Shown here piece by piece: positions 27,638-36,881 of a DNA stretch of 64,000 bases. Below the pieces are notes generated by a model, which did no database searches, had not been told where the DNA came from, and was given only the letters and a program-made list of their open reading frames with translations. Position 1 is the stretch's first letter. Every line of letters begins with the position of its first letter. The stretch is from Candidatus Obscuribacterales bacterium. Lineage in GTDB: Bacteria > Cyanobacteriota > Vampirovibrionia > Obscuribacterales > Obscuribacteraceae. The translations under genes and the position numbers were made by a program. The stretch spans positions 3,136,001 through 3,200,000 of the forward strand of contig CBDDIJ010000003.1 in the NCBI GenBank assembly GCA_965228855.1, in the 5' to 3' direction.

Positions 27638-30109
27638 TTATCGAGCCGCGACGTCCACAAAGAATGTTCGCGGCTCGCTTGTATATCCGGCTGCTTCACC
27701 GCGCTCGTTACGCGCCAGAATAACGACTTGATGCTTCCCGGGAGTCAGCGCCTCCCCGGGCAATTCGAACGTGCCCCTGGTGGAGTCGATGTTGGTTTTA
27801 AACAAAACAATTCGATCGTCCGGCAAGACTTTCGTCGGCAAATCTGGGGCGGCGATATCTGTTTTAAGCACCAGGAGTGAAACCGTTTTCGCTGTCTCTA
27901 TGTTTGATGCGTCGAAGGAAACGCTGACGCCGTCGCCTTCCTCAACCAATGGCAAGATGGTATCGGCGAGTGAGGCAAGTTTTGAAAAGGTCGGCTCAGT
28001 CGCAGTGTGAACTTGTAAATTCAGGACCGGCATCACCGACGGTGCCGGTATGCTGCGGACAGATTTTAAAACGGCGGGTTTGTAATCGCCCGGATACAAC
28101 TCGATTCCCAGGTCAATAATGGCACCGTTAAGCCCCCAGCTCCGATATCTGCCGGGCAAGAAAAGAAGCTTCTGAGAGCCGTCTTTAGCGGCTTCCGCAA
28201 ACGGTCCCTCGCTGTAGTCTATCCAGCTCTTCGGCTGTTTCTCTGAGCGCCAAACAAGGCGAGTACAGCGCGCCAGATTTTCAGTGATTGATGGGGCCTC
28301 GAATTCAACTTCAACGCATCCGATAGCAAGTGGATCTAAGTTCGCATTTTTTCCTACCCACTCGCACTTCGGTGCTTTAGGACTTTCAACAGGCAACGTC
28401 AAGTTTAAGGCTAGCGACTTCGCTCCAACAGGCGGCTTCCAATCAGTGAATGCTCTGGCGTCTCGCGACCAGACAAACCAGTTTGCCGCTCGCTTGTCAC
28501 CATATATGGAGGCAAGCACACCCGGATAAAAATATTCGGAGGGTCCGGGAATCGGCCGCGCCAATGTAACCATACGGTCGGCATAATCAGCATCTGCTAC
28601 AGGTTTAGTAAACATCAAACGAAGATATTCCGGTCTACCAATCATTCCGGAACCGGAGAAGTCTTGTGGAATATCAATAAGCACAATAGAGTCAGATCCG
28701 GATAGCGAGCGTGTCGCGTTCTTCAACTGTAGGTCCATACCTCGCATCTGTCGCCCGGCTTCGCGCCACGCGTACAAATTATGCTGCAGCCCTAGATACC
28801 AACAACAAGCTAGGGTTGCCAGCCCAGCAATGGACGCCGCTTGCAGCGAAAACGTCAGCGGTTTGAAAATCGGGAATGAACCGATGCGCCCAATCGATTT
28901 AAACGAAGGCACCAGAGTCACGGCAAGGAGAATACACATCGCCGCGGAACCCAAGAAGAATAAACGGCTACCTACCAGGTTGGGAAAGATGTGCCATATC
29001 TGAAACGTTGGAATGACTGAAAGAGCAAGCCAGGCAAGCAAGAATGCAAAGATTCGCAGCCTGGAGAGCGGCTGCAAAAGTCGCGTTAATAGAGCAATGC
29101 CGCAGACAAACCAGGCGCTCATAGCAGTCTTGACGAGCTGCGGAGCAATGGCTTGTTCCTCATTGTAGCCGAACAGAATTTTCTGAAACGTCGCGGCGTC
29201 ACGGAAGTTTTTAAACGACCGGAGATAGCCTTTGATACCATCAGTGCCGTATCCGCCGACCACAGTTCCCAGCAACATTGTGCGAAAGATGCCGAAGGCT
29301 GCCAGGATAAGGAAGAAGGAACCAACGCTAATCAAACGGCCACGAATGCTCTTTTTCTGCCATCCAAGTGGTCCTGCAAGTAGGATTTCCGCGCAGGCAA
29401 TCACCGCTGGTAGTGTCACTGCCATTTCCTTGCAAACCAGAGCAATCATGAACGAAGCCAGAGATATAAAGTAAGCCAGGCGACTACCAGACTTGCGACT
29501 GTGCAGATAAAGACAGACAGAGGTCATGTAAAAGATTGTGCAGAGTACATCCACTCGACCTATGATCCACGCCACAGACTCAGCATGAATCGGATAGAGC
29601 GCAAACAGCACACCAGCAGCGAGCGCGGTGATGTAACGGACCTTTCGACTGTTCTGCTCCGCGGGCTCCGCCGTTAGTTGAAACGCGATCACGCTACAAA
29701 GAAATGCGGTCAAGGTGTACGAGATCAGGTTGGAGATGTGATAGCCTGCCGCATTCAAACCAGTAAACATGTAATCGATGACAAACGACATCGATGTACC
29801 TGGTCGGTAGCTCGTCAAGCCGTCTGTTTGCCCGCTCCAATTGCCGGTGAAGGTTTTGAGAATTCCCGAGTAGTCGCCGTTCCAAGCCCCATATGCGGGT
29901 CCAAGATGCTTGTAATCATCAAGCAAAAAACCGGCGTCGATGATGCTGTGGAACGCACCGAATACGATACCACCAAGAATTACTATCCCCGCGACCATCG
30001 CTAGGAGAACGCTCTTGTCAGAGACAGCAGCTTGCGATATTGCGCCAACATCGTCAGCACCGTGAGGGGCTGGCGTGTTCAACAAAGAGGGATTGTCGTT
30101 GGACGGCAT
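27638..30109 (-). CDS. GT-C fold membrane protein (TMTC-like transmembrane region) with large extracytoplasmic C-terminus
   Basis: 'LLDDY', 'SYRP', 'YPIHAESVAWIIGR', 'CKE'. Start set at ATG 30109, downstream of an extended -10. Confidence 0.7.
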   Translation of the reverse strand: MPSNDNPSLLNTPAPHGADDVGAISQAAVSDKSVLLAMVAGIVILGGIVFGAFHSIIDAGFLLDDYKHLGPAYGAWNGDYSGILKTFTGNWSGQTDGLTSYRPGTSMSFVIDYMFTGLNAAGYHISNLISYTLTAFLCSVIAFQLTAEPAEQNSRKVRYITALAAGVLFALYPIHAESVAWIIGRVDVLCTIFYMTSVCLYLHSRKSGSRLAYFISLASFMIALVCKEMAVTLPAVIACAEILLAGPLGWQKKSIRGRLISVGSFFLILAAFGIFRTMLLGTVVGGYGTDGIKGYLRSFKNFRDAATFQKILFGYNEEQAIAPQLVKTAMSAWFVCGIALLTRLLQPLSRLRIFAFLLAWLALSVIPTFQIWHIFPNLVGSRLFFLGSAAMCILLAVTLVPSFKSIGRIGSFPIFKPLTFSLQAASIAGLATLACCWYLGLQHNLYAWREAGRQMRGMDLQLKNATRSLSGSDSIVLIDIPQDFSGSGMIGRPEYLRLMFTKPVADADYADRMVTLARPIPGPSEYFYPGVLASIYGDKRAANWFVWSRDARAFTDWKPPVGAKSLALNLTLPVESPKAPKCEWVGKNANLDPLAIGCVEVEFEAPSITENLARCTRLVWRSEKQPKSWIDYSEGPFAEAAKDGSQKLLFLPGRYRSWGLNGAIIDLGIELYPGDYKPAVLKSVRSIPAPSVMPVLNLQVHTATEPTFSKLASLADTILPLVEEGDGVSVSFDASNIETAKTVSLLVLKTDIAAPDLPTKVLPDDRIVLFKTNIDSTRGTFELPGEALTPGKHQVVILARNERGEAAGYTSEPRTFFVDVAAR

Positions 30110-30135
30110 GATTTCGCGCGATGTAAAGCGCCGCA

Positions 30136-30144
30136 ATTGTAGCA
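30136..30144 (-). promoter_or_regulatory. Candidate extended -10 promoter (TGcTACAAT)
   Basis: Minus strand TGCTACAAT, 26 nt upstream of ATG 30109. Confidence 0.4.
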
Positions 30145-30178
30145 TCGCAGCCTGGTTGAGACCCTAAACAGGGTTCAT

Positions 30179-31309
30179 CTAGTGATTCCGTTTTCGAGGT
30201 GGCGCGGGCAGGGGAGCTGTTTTCGTCCCTCTGCTTTGAGGAGGTTGCTTGATGTCATCTTCATCCGCCTCGGATGGATTGCGAAGCGTGTCCTCCAGGC
30301 TCTGGGCCGGCACAATCGGTGTTAGTTCTTCTGGAGTAGCTGGATTCATAATCGTCTTCGCCGCGCCTGGCGTTATCACGACACCTGAGATAGCCGCACT
30401 CACGCTGTTTGAAATACTTTCGACCAACTTGGCCGCAGTGTCGGCGTCGTAGTACTTGCCACCGGATGTCTTGGCGATGCAGTCAAGCTGATTTTTAGCG
30501 GATTTGTCGCCCTTCAAACCCAAACCAAGAACGTCCACTTTGAGCGCGATTCCGCGGGATGGTAGGGTTTGAATATAGCTACAAGGATTGAGACCACAGG
30601 TGTCTTCGCCGTCGCTAATCAGAATAATTGTTTTCTTGCCCTGAACGTGCGCAAGATCTCGCTCTGCACCATTTGCTAGAGCGTAGGTCAACGGAGTCAT
30701 CCCGGTCGGACGAATATCTCGAAGTTTATTCAAGATGGTCCGCCGATTGTTGGTTCCAGGCGGAACAAGAAGCGCTGTGGCTTTGCACTCCAGGCCTCCA
30801 CCGATGAATTGCCCAAATACTCGCAAACCTACATTTACATCGTGAGGAATTCGACCAAGCGCATTCTGCAAAACTCGCTTGGCTTCGTCCATCTTTTGAT
30901 TATCTCTGCCCAGTTTCTCTGTCATGCTGCGCGACGCATCCAGCAGAAAAAGAATGGTGACTGGACCGCCATCACGCTTGGTACCACCTTGCAGCATGGT
31001 TCCCTGCGTACCACCCTCAATCATCATTCCTTCGGTTCCGCCTTGCAGCGTTGTGGAACCGGTTCCACCTTGCAGAGTCGTCGAATCAGTTCCACCCTGC
31101 AGAGTAGCGGCTCCCGCTCCTCCTTGCAGCGCTCGAGAACGACCTCCGCCCTGCATCAAAATCAAGTCGGTATTGTGCTCGCCTTGAGCAAAAGCGGCAT
31201 TCTCAGCGAATCCTGAGAAGATAGCGAACGCGCATAGCCAGGAGATATATTTTCTATTCAAGCGTTTCGGTTTTTCTGACATGAGTTCTTGAGTTGAGTT
31301 TAACCCCAT
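30179..31309 (-). CDS. Secreted von Willebrand factor A domain protein with LQGG repeats
   Basis: Signal peptide ending 'AAFA'; MIDAS 'DASRS', 'TPL', 'ISDGEDTC'. Confidence 0.85.
   Translation of the reverse strand: MGLNSTQELMSEKPKRLNRKYISWLCAFAIFSGFAENAAFAQGEHNTDLILMQGGGRSRALQGGAGAATLQGGTDSTTLQGGTGSTTLQGGTEGMMIEGGTQGTMLQGGTKRDGGPVTILFLLDASRSMTEKLGRDNQKMDEAKRVLQNALGRIPHDVNVGLRVFGQFIGGGLECKATALLVPPGTNNRRTILNKLRDIRPTGMTPLTYALANGAERDLAHVQGKKTIILISDGEDTCGLNPCSYIQTLPSRGIALKVDVLGLGLKGDKSAKNQLDCIAKTSGGKYYDADTAAKLVESISNSVSAAISGVVITPGAAKTIMNPATPEELTPIVPAQSLEDTLRNPSEADEDDIKQPPQSRGTKTAPLPAPPRKRNH
30984..31160 (-). repeat. Coding 27-nt / 9-aa repeat (xxxTLQGG), about 7 units
   Basis: LMQGG GRSRALQGG AGAATLQGG TDSTTLQGG TGSTTLQGG TEGMMIEGG TQGTMLQGG. 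Confidence 0.85.
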
Positions 31310-31393
31310 TTAGCAACTGATTTCTAGCTGTTTTCTCTTGACTCGGAATTTTCATAAGCGAAGGTTGCTCCACCTCAGTTTACTCAATTGGAA

Positions 31394-33739
31394 TCAGTCT
31401 CGCTCATTTGAGCTGTCGTCAGACTTATCGCCAGAGGAGTAGGAGTAGCGAGACTGGCGGGTGGTCGGGATTTCCGCTTGTGCATCAAGTTCTCCATCGC
31501 TGGAGCTAACTGTGGACTTCTCGGTTTCGTTTTTCTCCGGGGCAAATGGATCGCCTGGTTTGCCAATTTCGAAGGGCTCGGTTGACGCCGGCTTCAATTC
31601 AGCCGGACGTGCCTGAAGACCAGGACTAGAAGGCTTTTCTGCAGCTGGAGAACTAGAGAGTCCGGACCCTGATGCTGCGGAACTCGATGCTGCGGAACCT
31701 GAGGCTCCAAAACTTGATGCTGATGGGCTCGAAGGCGTGGAACTGACAGGTGTTGAACTGGAATCGCCCGGTTTCTCTTTCATGTCCACGGGCTTGTTGC
31801 TCGAATCCGCAGGTTTGGAATCGGAGTCTTTGGATTTCGAGCTGCCATCACTGCTGGTGTCAGACTTTTCATCCTTCGGAATCGAAACCTTACCTTCTAC
31901 ATCCTCCTCATCGTGAACGTTCTTCACTAAAATTGTCCGCCGACTGATTGCTACAGCCTTATCGTCGGCGCCCATGTTCGCCCACACCGTCAAGTAATAC
32001 AGCCCTTCTTTGCTGTCGTTGCTAACGGTTACTTTAGAACTGAACGAGTCACCGGAAACCTTCACGCCACCTTTAACTGGAACATCGGAAACCGGCTTTA
32101 CTTCACCTGGATCCGGTCCAGCCATCATGATTAGCGGCGCCGCGAGCGCAACCGGTGGAACGAACATGCCACCAGCTATGGCGGCAAGCATACCGGCAGT
32201 TTTCAAAGCAAAAATCGCTTTCGAATGATCCTTCTCCGACTTCTGTTTGTAAGCGACGAAGTCTAACGGAGGGAAGTAGGGCAGAGGTTCCGTACTGTTT
32301 TCTTCCTGCGGCGGCAGATCGCTTACGCCTTCCCAGGCGAGCGTGATCCGGTCGAACACATAAGGTCTATCAACCGTCCCCTCTACCTCAATCTTGTCAC
32401 CGACGCGGGCTGTTTTCGGCACGGGGTGTATGATTCCGCGGTTAGTCAAAACTTCGATACACGAAATAATTTGAGCCCCCTGATTCATCGGCTCAATTGC
32501 ATAGCCAACATGAGTGGCTTCCGGAGCCAGTAGCGCCTCACGATCATCTTGTTGCATCAGCAATTGCTTCAGCAGCTTTGCGACCGCTGCCTTACAGAGA
32601 TGCGAGGTGTTCAGATCGGCAGTGCTTAGAATGGCAAGGGTTTCGTTGACAGCATCGACTCCGCCAAGCAAAGTGTAGCGCCTGTCAGGATTATCGCCTT
32701 TAGCGTTATTGTGCGATACAACACCGCGCTCAACCAGATCGCGGATTTGTTCGTCCGCCATTTTCTGCGCCAGATGATTATGTTGAAGCACTCCAAGCGC
32801 TCGCCTCTGGCGTTCGTAATTAATCAGCTCGAGCGCATAAGCATCCAGAATGGTTCTGTTCGACTTTTTGTAGTTGTCGGGGTTGTCGATAATCTCGTCG
32901 AGATAAGCCAACTCCGCAGGGTCCGGGCTGTTGTTCGCCATCGGGTTATCGACGAATCCTTCAGGCGGACCAAGTCCGTCATCGAACATCCCACCGGGCG
33001 GTTCAGCGGAAGGGGCCTTGCCAAGCAAAGTAGTCTTCAGGCGCTCGGTACGATCGAACAACGAATCATTGGGGTACGTCTTTGCAAACACCGCGGATTC
33101 AAGTGAAATCAGGCGTTCCTCAATCTGCAAATCCGGTTTGGAAGTTCCGAATGTCAGCTGCTCGAGTTTTCCAATCGCGGGATACATATCAGCGGGTGAC
33201 GGCTGGGACGCACCGCCTGCAGTGGCAGTTGAGCCAGAAGAACTCTTGCCGATAGGCGGCGCAGTTTTCAATCCTCCACCTGAAGAGCTGTACGAACTGC
33301 TGCCTTTCGACGAACTTGAGCCCAGTGAACTTAGACCCGCTTTGCTACCGGACGAGTCGCTGCGGCTTGATGAACTCACTGAAGAGGAAGTACCCGAGTG
33401 CGTATTTGAATTCGAAGGTCGAGATATTCTATAGGGATCGGAAGGCCGGCTAATTCGATCAGAGTCTTTTCCAGTTCCACTACCCGGGAGTTGACCAGGT
33501 CGAGCTATCCGATCGCTGCTCTCCGAAGACGGATGTGCGGAATTTTTGGGAACGCTGTCCAGCTGAGCATGCTGTTCCTGAACGGCACTAGCAGCCGGCT
33601 TCGCAGTCTCTGTGCGATCAGATGGTTTGACAATTTTCGGTGCAGTCGGTGGCATCGTTGCAGAACTGCTCTGCGCAAGTGCAGGCGCAGCCGGCATGAG
33701 CATCAGAAGGCTGAGCGCGACAGCGATAAACGGTTTCAT
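31394..33739 (-). CDS. Secreted CAP (SCP)-domain protein with Ser-rich disordered arms; start uncertain (ORF open to 33922)
   Basis: Signal peptide 'MKPFIAVALSLLMLMPAAPALA'; 'LELINYERQRRALGVL...SH...ETLA...THVG'. Confidence 0.7.
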   Translation of the reverse strand: MKPFIAVALSLLMLMPAAPALAQSSSATMPPTAPKIVKPSDRTETAKPAASAVQEQHAQLDSVPKNSAHPSSESSDRIARPGQLPGSGTGKDSDRISRPSDPYRISRPSNSNTHSGTSSSVSSSSRSDSSGSKAGLSSLGSSSSKGSSSYSSSGGGLKTAPPIGKSSSGSTATAGGASQPSPADMYPAIGKLEQLTFGTSKPDLQIEERLISLESAVFAKTYPNDSLFDRTERLKTTLLGKAPSAEPPGGMFDDGLGPPEGFVDNPMANNSPDPAELAYLDEIIDNPDNYKKSNRTILDAYALELINYERQRRALGVLQHNHLAQKMADEQIRDLVERGVVSHNNAKGDNPDRRYTLLGGVDAVNETLAILSTADLNTSHLCKAAVAKLLKQLLMQQDDREALLAPEATHVGYAIEPMNQGAQIISCIEVLTNRGIIHPVPKTARVGDKIEVEGTVDRPYVFDRITLAWEGVSDLPPQEENSTEPLPYFPPLDFVAYKQKSEKDHSKAIFALKTAGMLAAIAGGMFVPPVALAAPLIMMAGPDPGEVKPVSDVPVKGGVKVSGDSFSSKVTVSNDSKEGLYYLTVWANMGADDKAVAISRRTILVKNVHDEEDVEGKVSIPKDEKSDTSSDGSSKSKDSDSKPADSSNKPVDMKEKPGDSSSTPVSSTPSSPSASSFGASGSAASSSAASGSGLSSSPAAEKPSSPGLQARPAELKPASTEPFEIGKPGDPFAPEKNETEKSTVSSSDGELDAQAEIPTTRQSRYSYSSGDKSDDSSNERD

Positions 33740-34081
33740 CGCAAAAGAAAAATTTGATCGCGTGATGATTGCGATCGCGCCAAGCAACAAAGCTTTGAGA
33801 AGCTCGGGTGCCGGTGAGGAATAGATTCTTTGCGTGGAGAGAAAAGACACGAAGAGAACCAGCCTGTAGCGATACTTATATATTGTCGTCCAAAACGGCG
33901 TCGAAAACAAACCAGCCAACAAACTTTACAACGACGCCCATCGGTCTATTAGGACGGGACACCTGAAACTCCGAACTCCATCGCGCTAAGACTGATTGAG
34001 ACGATTGTTTCATCGTTTTGTTGCAGGAAACTGTCAGGTTTCAAGGCGCCGGTGCAACGCGGCGATCACATTTGTCTGTTT

Positions 34082-34777
34082 CTAAATCGTGCTGCGGATC
34101 GACAGCGGTTCGTACTTGTCGGACAGCTCGTCGAAGTTCATCTGGCGCGCGGAGCTTCGGTCCTTATCCGCATTAGCTCGGTCTTCCAGCGCATCGTATG
34201 CTTTGGCGCGGAAGAAGTAAGCACGTCCCCAGGTCGGCACCAATTTAATAGCTTCAGAAAAATCGTCTAGAGCCAGCTTCGGATCCGCAAGCTCCAGGTG
34301 CATCTCGCCCCGATCCATGTAGATCGGCGCCACGTCTGACTTCCCTTCGGCGAGTTTGACGGCTTCATCGAAATCCTTAGCCGCGTCCTCGAACTTGCCG
34401 ATCTTCATCAGAGCCTTGGCGCGCGTGTCGAGATAAAACATCCGGCGGCGCGAATCCTTTGGAGAAGCAAGATCCAGAGCGTGCGTAGCGTCGTCGACCG
34501 CTTGCTGAGTGCGCCCTACATGACGGCATGCACGCGAGCGCCGCCACCAATAGACGGGATTCGCATCGTCAAGCCTCACCGCCTGGTCCCAGTCCTCGAT
34601 TGCTTTATCGTACTCTTCTCGCTCATATTTCTCGCAGGCGCGCTCGTCCCAGGCTGCGGCATCACCAGGAAAAGTGTTGGCGTAAGTGCATCCCAGTTGC
34701 ACCAGGCATATCGAGATACAGGCAACTAAACCTAAGAGGCTTCGCCTGGCTCTAAATATGTTTTGGATGGCTCGCAT
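34082..34777 (-). CDS. TPR repeat protein, exported (possible lipoprotein)
   Basis: Repeated 'YDKAIEDWDQAVRL', 'FEDAAKDFDEAVKL', 'ALDDFSEAIKL'; N-terminal hydrophobic segment ending 'LGC'. Confidence 0.85.
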   Translation of the reverse strand: MRAIQNIFRARRSLLGLVACISICLVQLGCTYANTFPGDAAAWDERACEKYEREEYDKAIEDWDQAVRLDDANPVYWWRRSRACRHVGRTQQAVDDATHALDLASPKDSRRRMFYLDTRAKALMKIGKFEDAAKDFDEAVKLAEGKSDVAPIYMDRGEMHLELADPKLALDDFSEAIKLVPTWGRAYFFRAKAYDALEDRANADKDRSSARQMNFDELSDKYEPLSIRSTI

Positions 34778-34813
34778 GGCTGCCGTGAAACCCCTGTATT
34801 CAACGCCTTACGC

Positions 34814-35647
34814 TTAAACGCCGCGCAGGGCAATCATTGCGCCTTGCCGACCGGTCGTTCCACCGGATTGTCGGTGTGAATAAAACATACCCGGATTGCA
34901 TGCGGTGCAAAAGTTGGAAACATCAACTTGCTCGACACCGCACTCCAGAAGCTGAAGGGCGTTAAACGCCTTCAAATCAGGCGCCGGCTGGCTTCCATTG
35001 CGTCCAATCAGACCGTCCGGACCGGTCGAAACAGTCTCGCTCAAAGCTCTGGCAACATCGTCGGACGTCGGATAACAACACGGTCCGATGGCGGGACCGA
35101 CAGCGCCCACCATGTTACGCGGATCACCGCCCATTTCCTTGACCATACGTTCAACACCGTGACTGACTATGCTGGCAGCCGTCCCTCGCCAACCGGCGTG
35201 AAAAATGCCTATCAGTTTTTTCCTGGTTTCAACAACCATAACCGGCACACAATCTGCGAAGTGCAGCAATAGAGGCGTCGCATCTTTCTCGGTCAACAAA
35301 CCGTCCACGCCCTTCAAATCAGGCATGTGCTCTCGCTCCCGGACGATTTCCACGTTACGAGAATGGACCTGCCCTGGCACAAACAAATTGGAGAAGTCCA
35401 CGGAAAGCGCGTTGCATAAACGCATGCGATTGTTGATTGCATCACGTTTGGTCTCGTCATCGCCGACGCTGCCGCCCAGGTTAAACGAATCGAATGGCGC
35501 TTTGGTTTCACCACCCAGACGGGTCGTGAAAGCATGCGTCACGAAATCGAGTTCGGACAGGCGCGGCGAAAAAATCAGCTCCATCCCATCCACATTTTTG
35601 ACCGTCCATTCGTTAGTCTTACGGGCGATTTCAACCAAGTTTGCCAT
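34814..35647 (-). CDS. pgeF: Peptidoglycan editing factor PgeF (YfiH / laccase-domain family)
   Basis: 'HAFTTRLGG', 'QVHS', 'ADCVPV', 'HAGWRG', 'GPAIGPCCY', 'FYSHR'. The ATG overlaps the upstream TGA (TGATG). Confidence 0.92.
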   Translation of the reverse strand: MANLVEIARKTNEWTVKNVDGMELIFSPRLSELDFVTHAFTTRLGGETKAPFDSFNLGGSVGDDETKRDAINNRMRLCNALSVDFSNLFVPGQVHSRNVEIVREREHMPDLKGVDGLLTEKDATPLLLHFADCVPVMVVETRKKLIGIFHAGWRGTAASIVSHGVERMVKEMGGDPRNMVGAVGPAIGPCCYPTSDDVARALSETVSTGPDGLIGRNGSQPAPDLKAFNALQLLECGVEQVDVSNFCTACNPGMFYSHRQSGGTTGRQGAMIALRGV

Positions 35648-36471
35648 CACGATATCGAAAGACCTCCGCATATGTTGATTGCTTGTCCAGTTATACCTTT
35701 TGCTCGATCGGAACACAAATAGCCAACTAATCCAGCCACCTCATCGGGCTGTATAAGCCGCATTTGGGGGACCGACAGTCGCGCGATATCCAGCGATTCC
35801 TCCGGATTGATGTCGTTGAGCCGGCACCACTCAGGGTCATTTATTTGCTCCTGAGCCATATCTGTCTCAACCCAGCCTGGACAGACAGAATTGACAGTTA
35901 TACAGTGACGGGCAAGCTCAAGTGCGAGCGATTGCGTAACTCCGATTAAACCAAATTTTGACGCCGAATACGCGGTGCCATAAGCCTCCGCCTTTTGACC
36001 GGATATGGAAGATATATTGATTATCCTTCCCCACTTACGCTCGATCATCGCAGGAGCAAAAACTTTTGCAAGTATATATGGCGCATTGAGATTGACAGCC
36101 ATAGTGCGTTTCCAGAGGTCGTCATTGCCTGGATCTGAAGCTTCCCAGCCGTCGGCATGCTCAAGCGGTATGTAGTCTGTTGAATAAATTCCCGCGTTAT
36201 TGACAAGAACATCCACGTGAAAGTCTTCCGCTTTCAGCCATTTCGCAAGCTCCAGCGCAAAAGATTCTTTCTCGATGTCCAAACTTTTATAAATGGCAGT
36301 GCCCGAATTTTTGTCGTTGATTTCCTTCGCCAGCGATTCGAGAAGATTGGTGCTTCGCGCTACCAGAGCCGTGCGAGCACCGAGAGCGGCTAATTCGAGA
36401 GCGATCGCGCGACCGATTCCGCGACTCGCCCCGGTCACCAATGCGTTTTTGCCGTGTAATTCAGTCGTCAT
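35647..36471 (-). CDS. Short-chain dehydrogenase/reductase
   Basis: 'TGASRGIG', 'NNAG', 'YSASK', 'CPGWVET'. Confidence 0.93.
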   Translation of the reverse strand: MTTELHGKNALVTGASRGIGRAIALELAALGARTALVARSTNLLESLAKEINDKNSGTAIYKSLDIEKESFALELAKWLKAEDFHVDVLVNNAGIYSTDYIPLEHADGWEASDPGNDDLWKRTMAVNLNAPYILAKVFAPAMIERKWGRIINISSISGQKAEAYGTAYSASKFGLIGVTQSLALELARHCITVNSVCPGWVETDMAQEQINDPEWCRLNDINPEESLDIARLSVPQMRLIQPDEVAGLVGYLCSDRAKGITGQAINICGGLSIS

Positions 36472-36881
36472 ATCGGTTGTACTAATCTGGAGCGAAGTCT
36501 GTCTCTAAGCAAATTTTGCTGTGGGCAAGCCAGAAAGGGTTTCCCTACAACCAATGACTCCGCTCGCCCGCTCATTCCTCGACTCCACACAATTCGACTA
36601 TACGCTTCCCACGTAAGATTCGGGTTTGCAGATTATTAACTGCACATATGGAATTTCCTCTAATCACACTTCGAAGTAAACCGAGATGCTCCGCTTGACC
36701 ACCATCGGACGGCGCAGCTATATTGGGTTTATCAAACTCTCAGAAACGTAATCGGGAACATTGGTAGACTTTGATAGTCATAAAGCCCAGTTCGCATTGC
36801 GGGCAACGGTGAATGTCGAGTCCTACGGATTAAGCATAAAGACCCGCACTGACACAACGTCGAGACGATAGGGAACAAACC

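Noticed and set aside
35648..35716. Longer N-terminus for pgeF
   Set aside because: It overlaps the SDR gene. The TGATG coupling at 35647 is the more likely start.
36780..36860. Possible riboswitch upstream of the VirB10-like gene (TGCGGG/CCCGCA pairing)
   Set aside because: Only short stems and no recognisable conserved riboswitch core.
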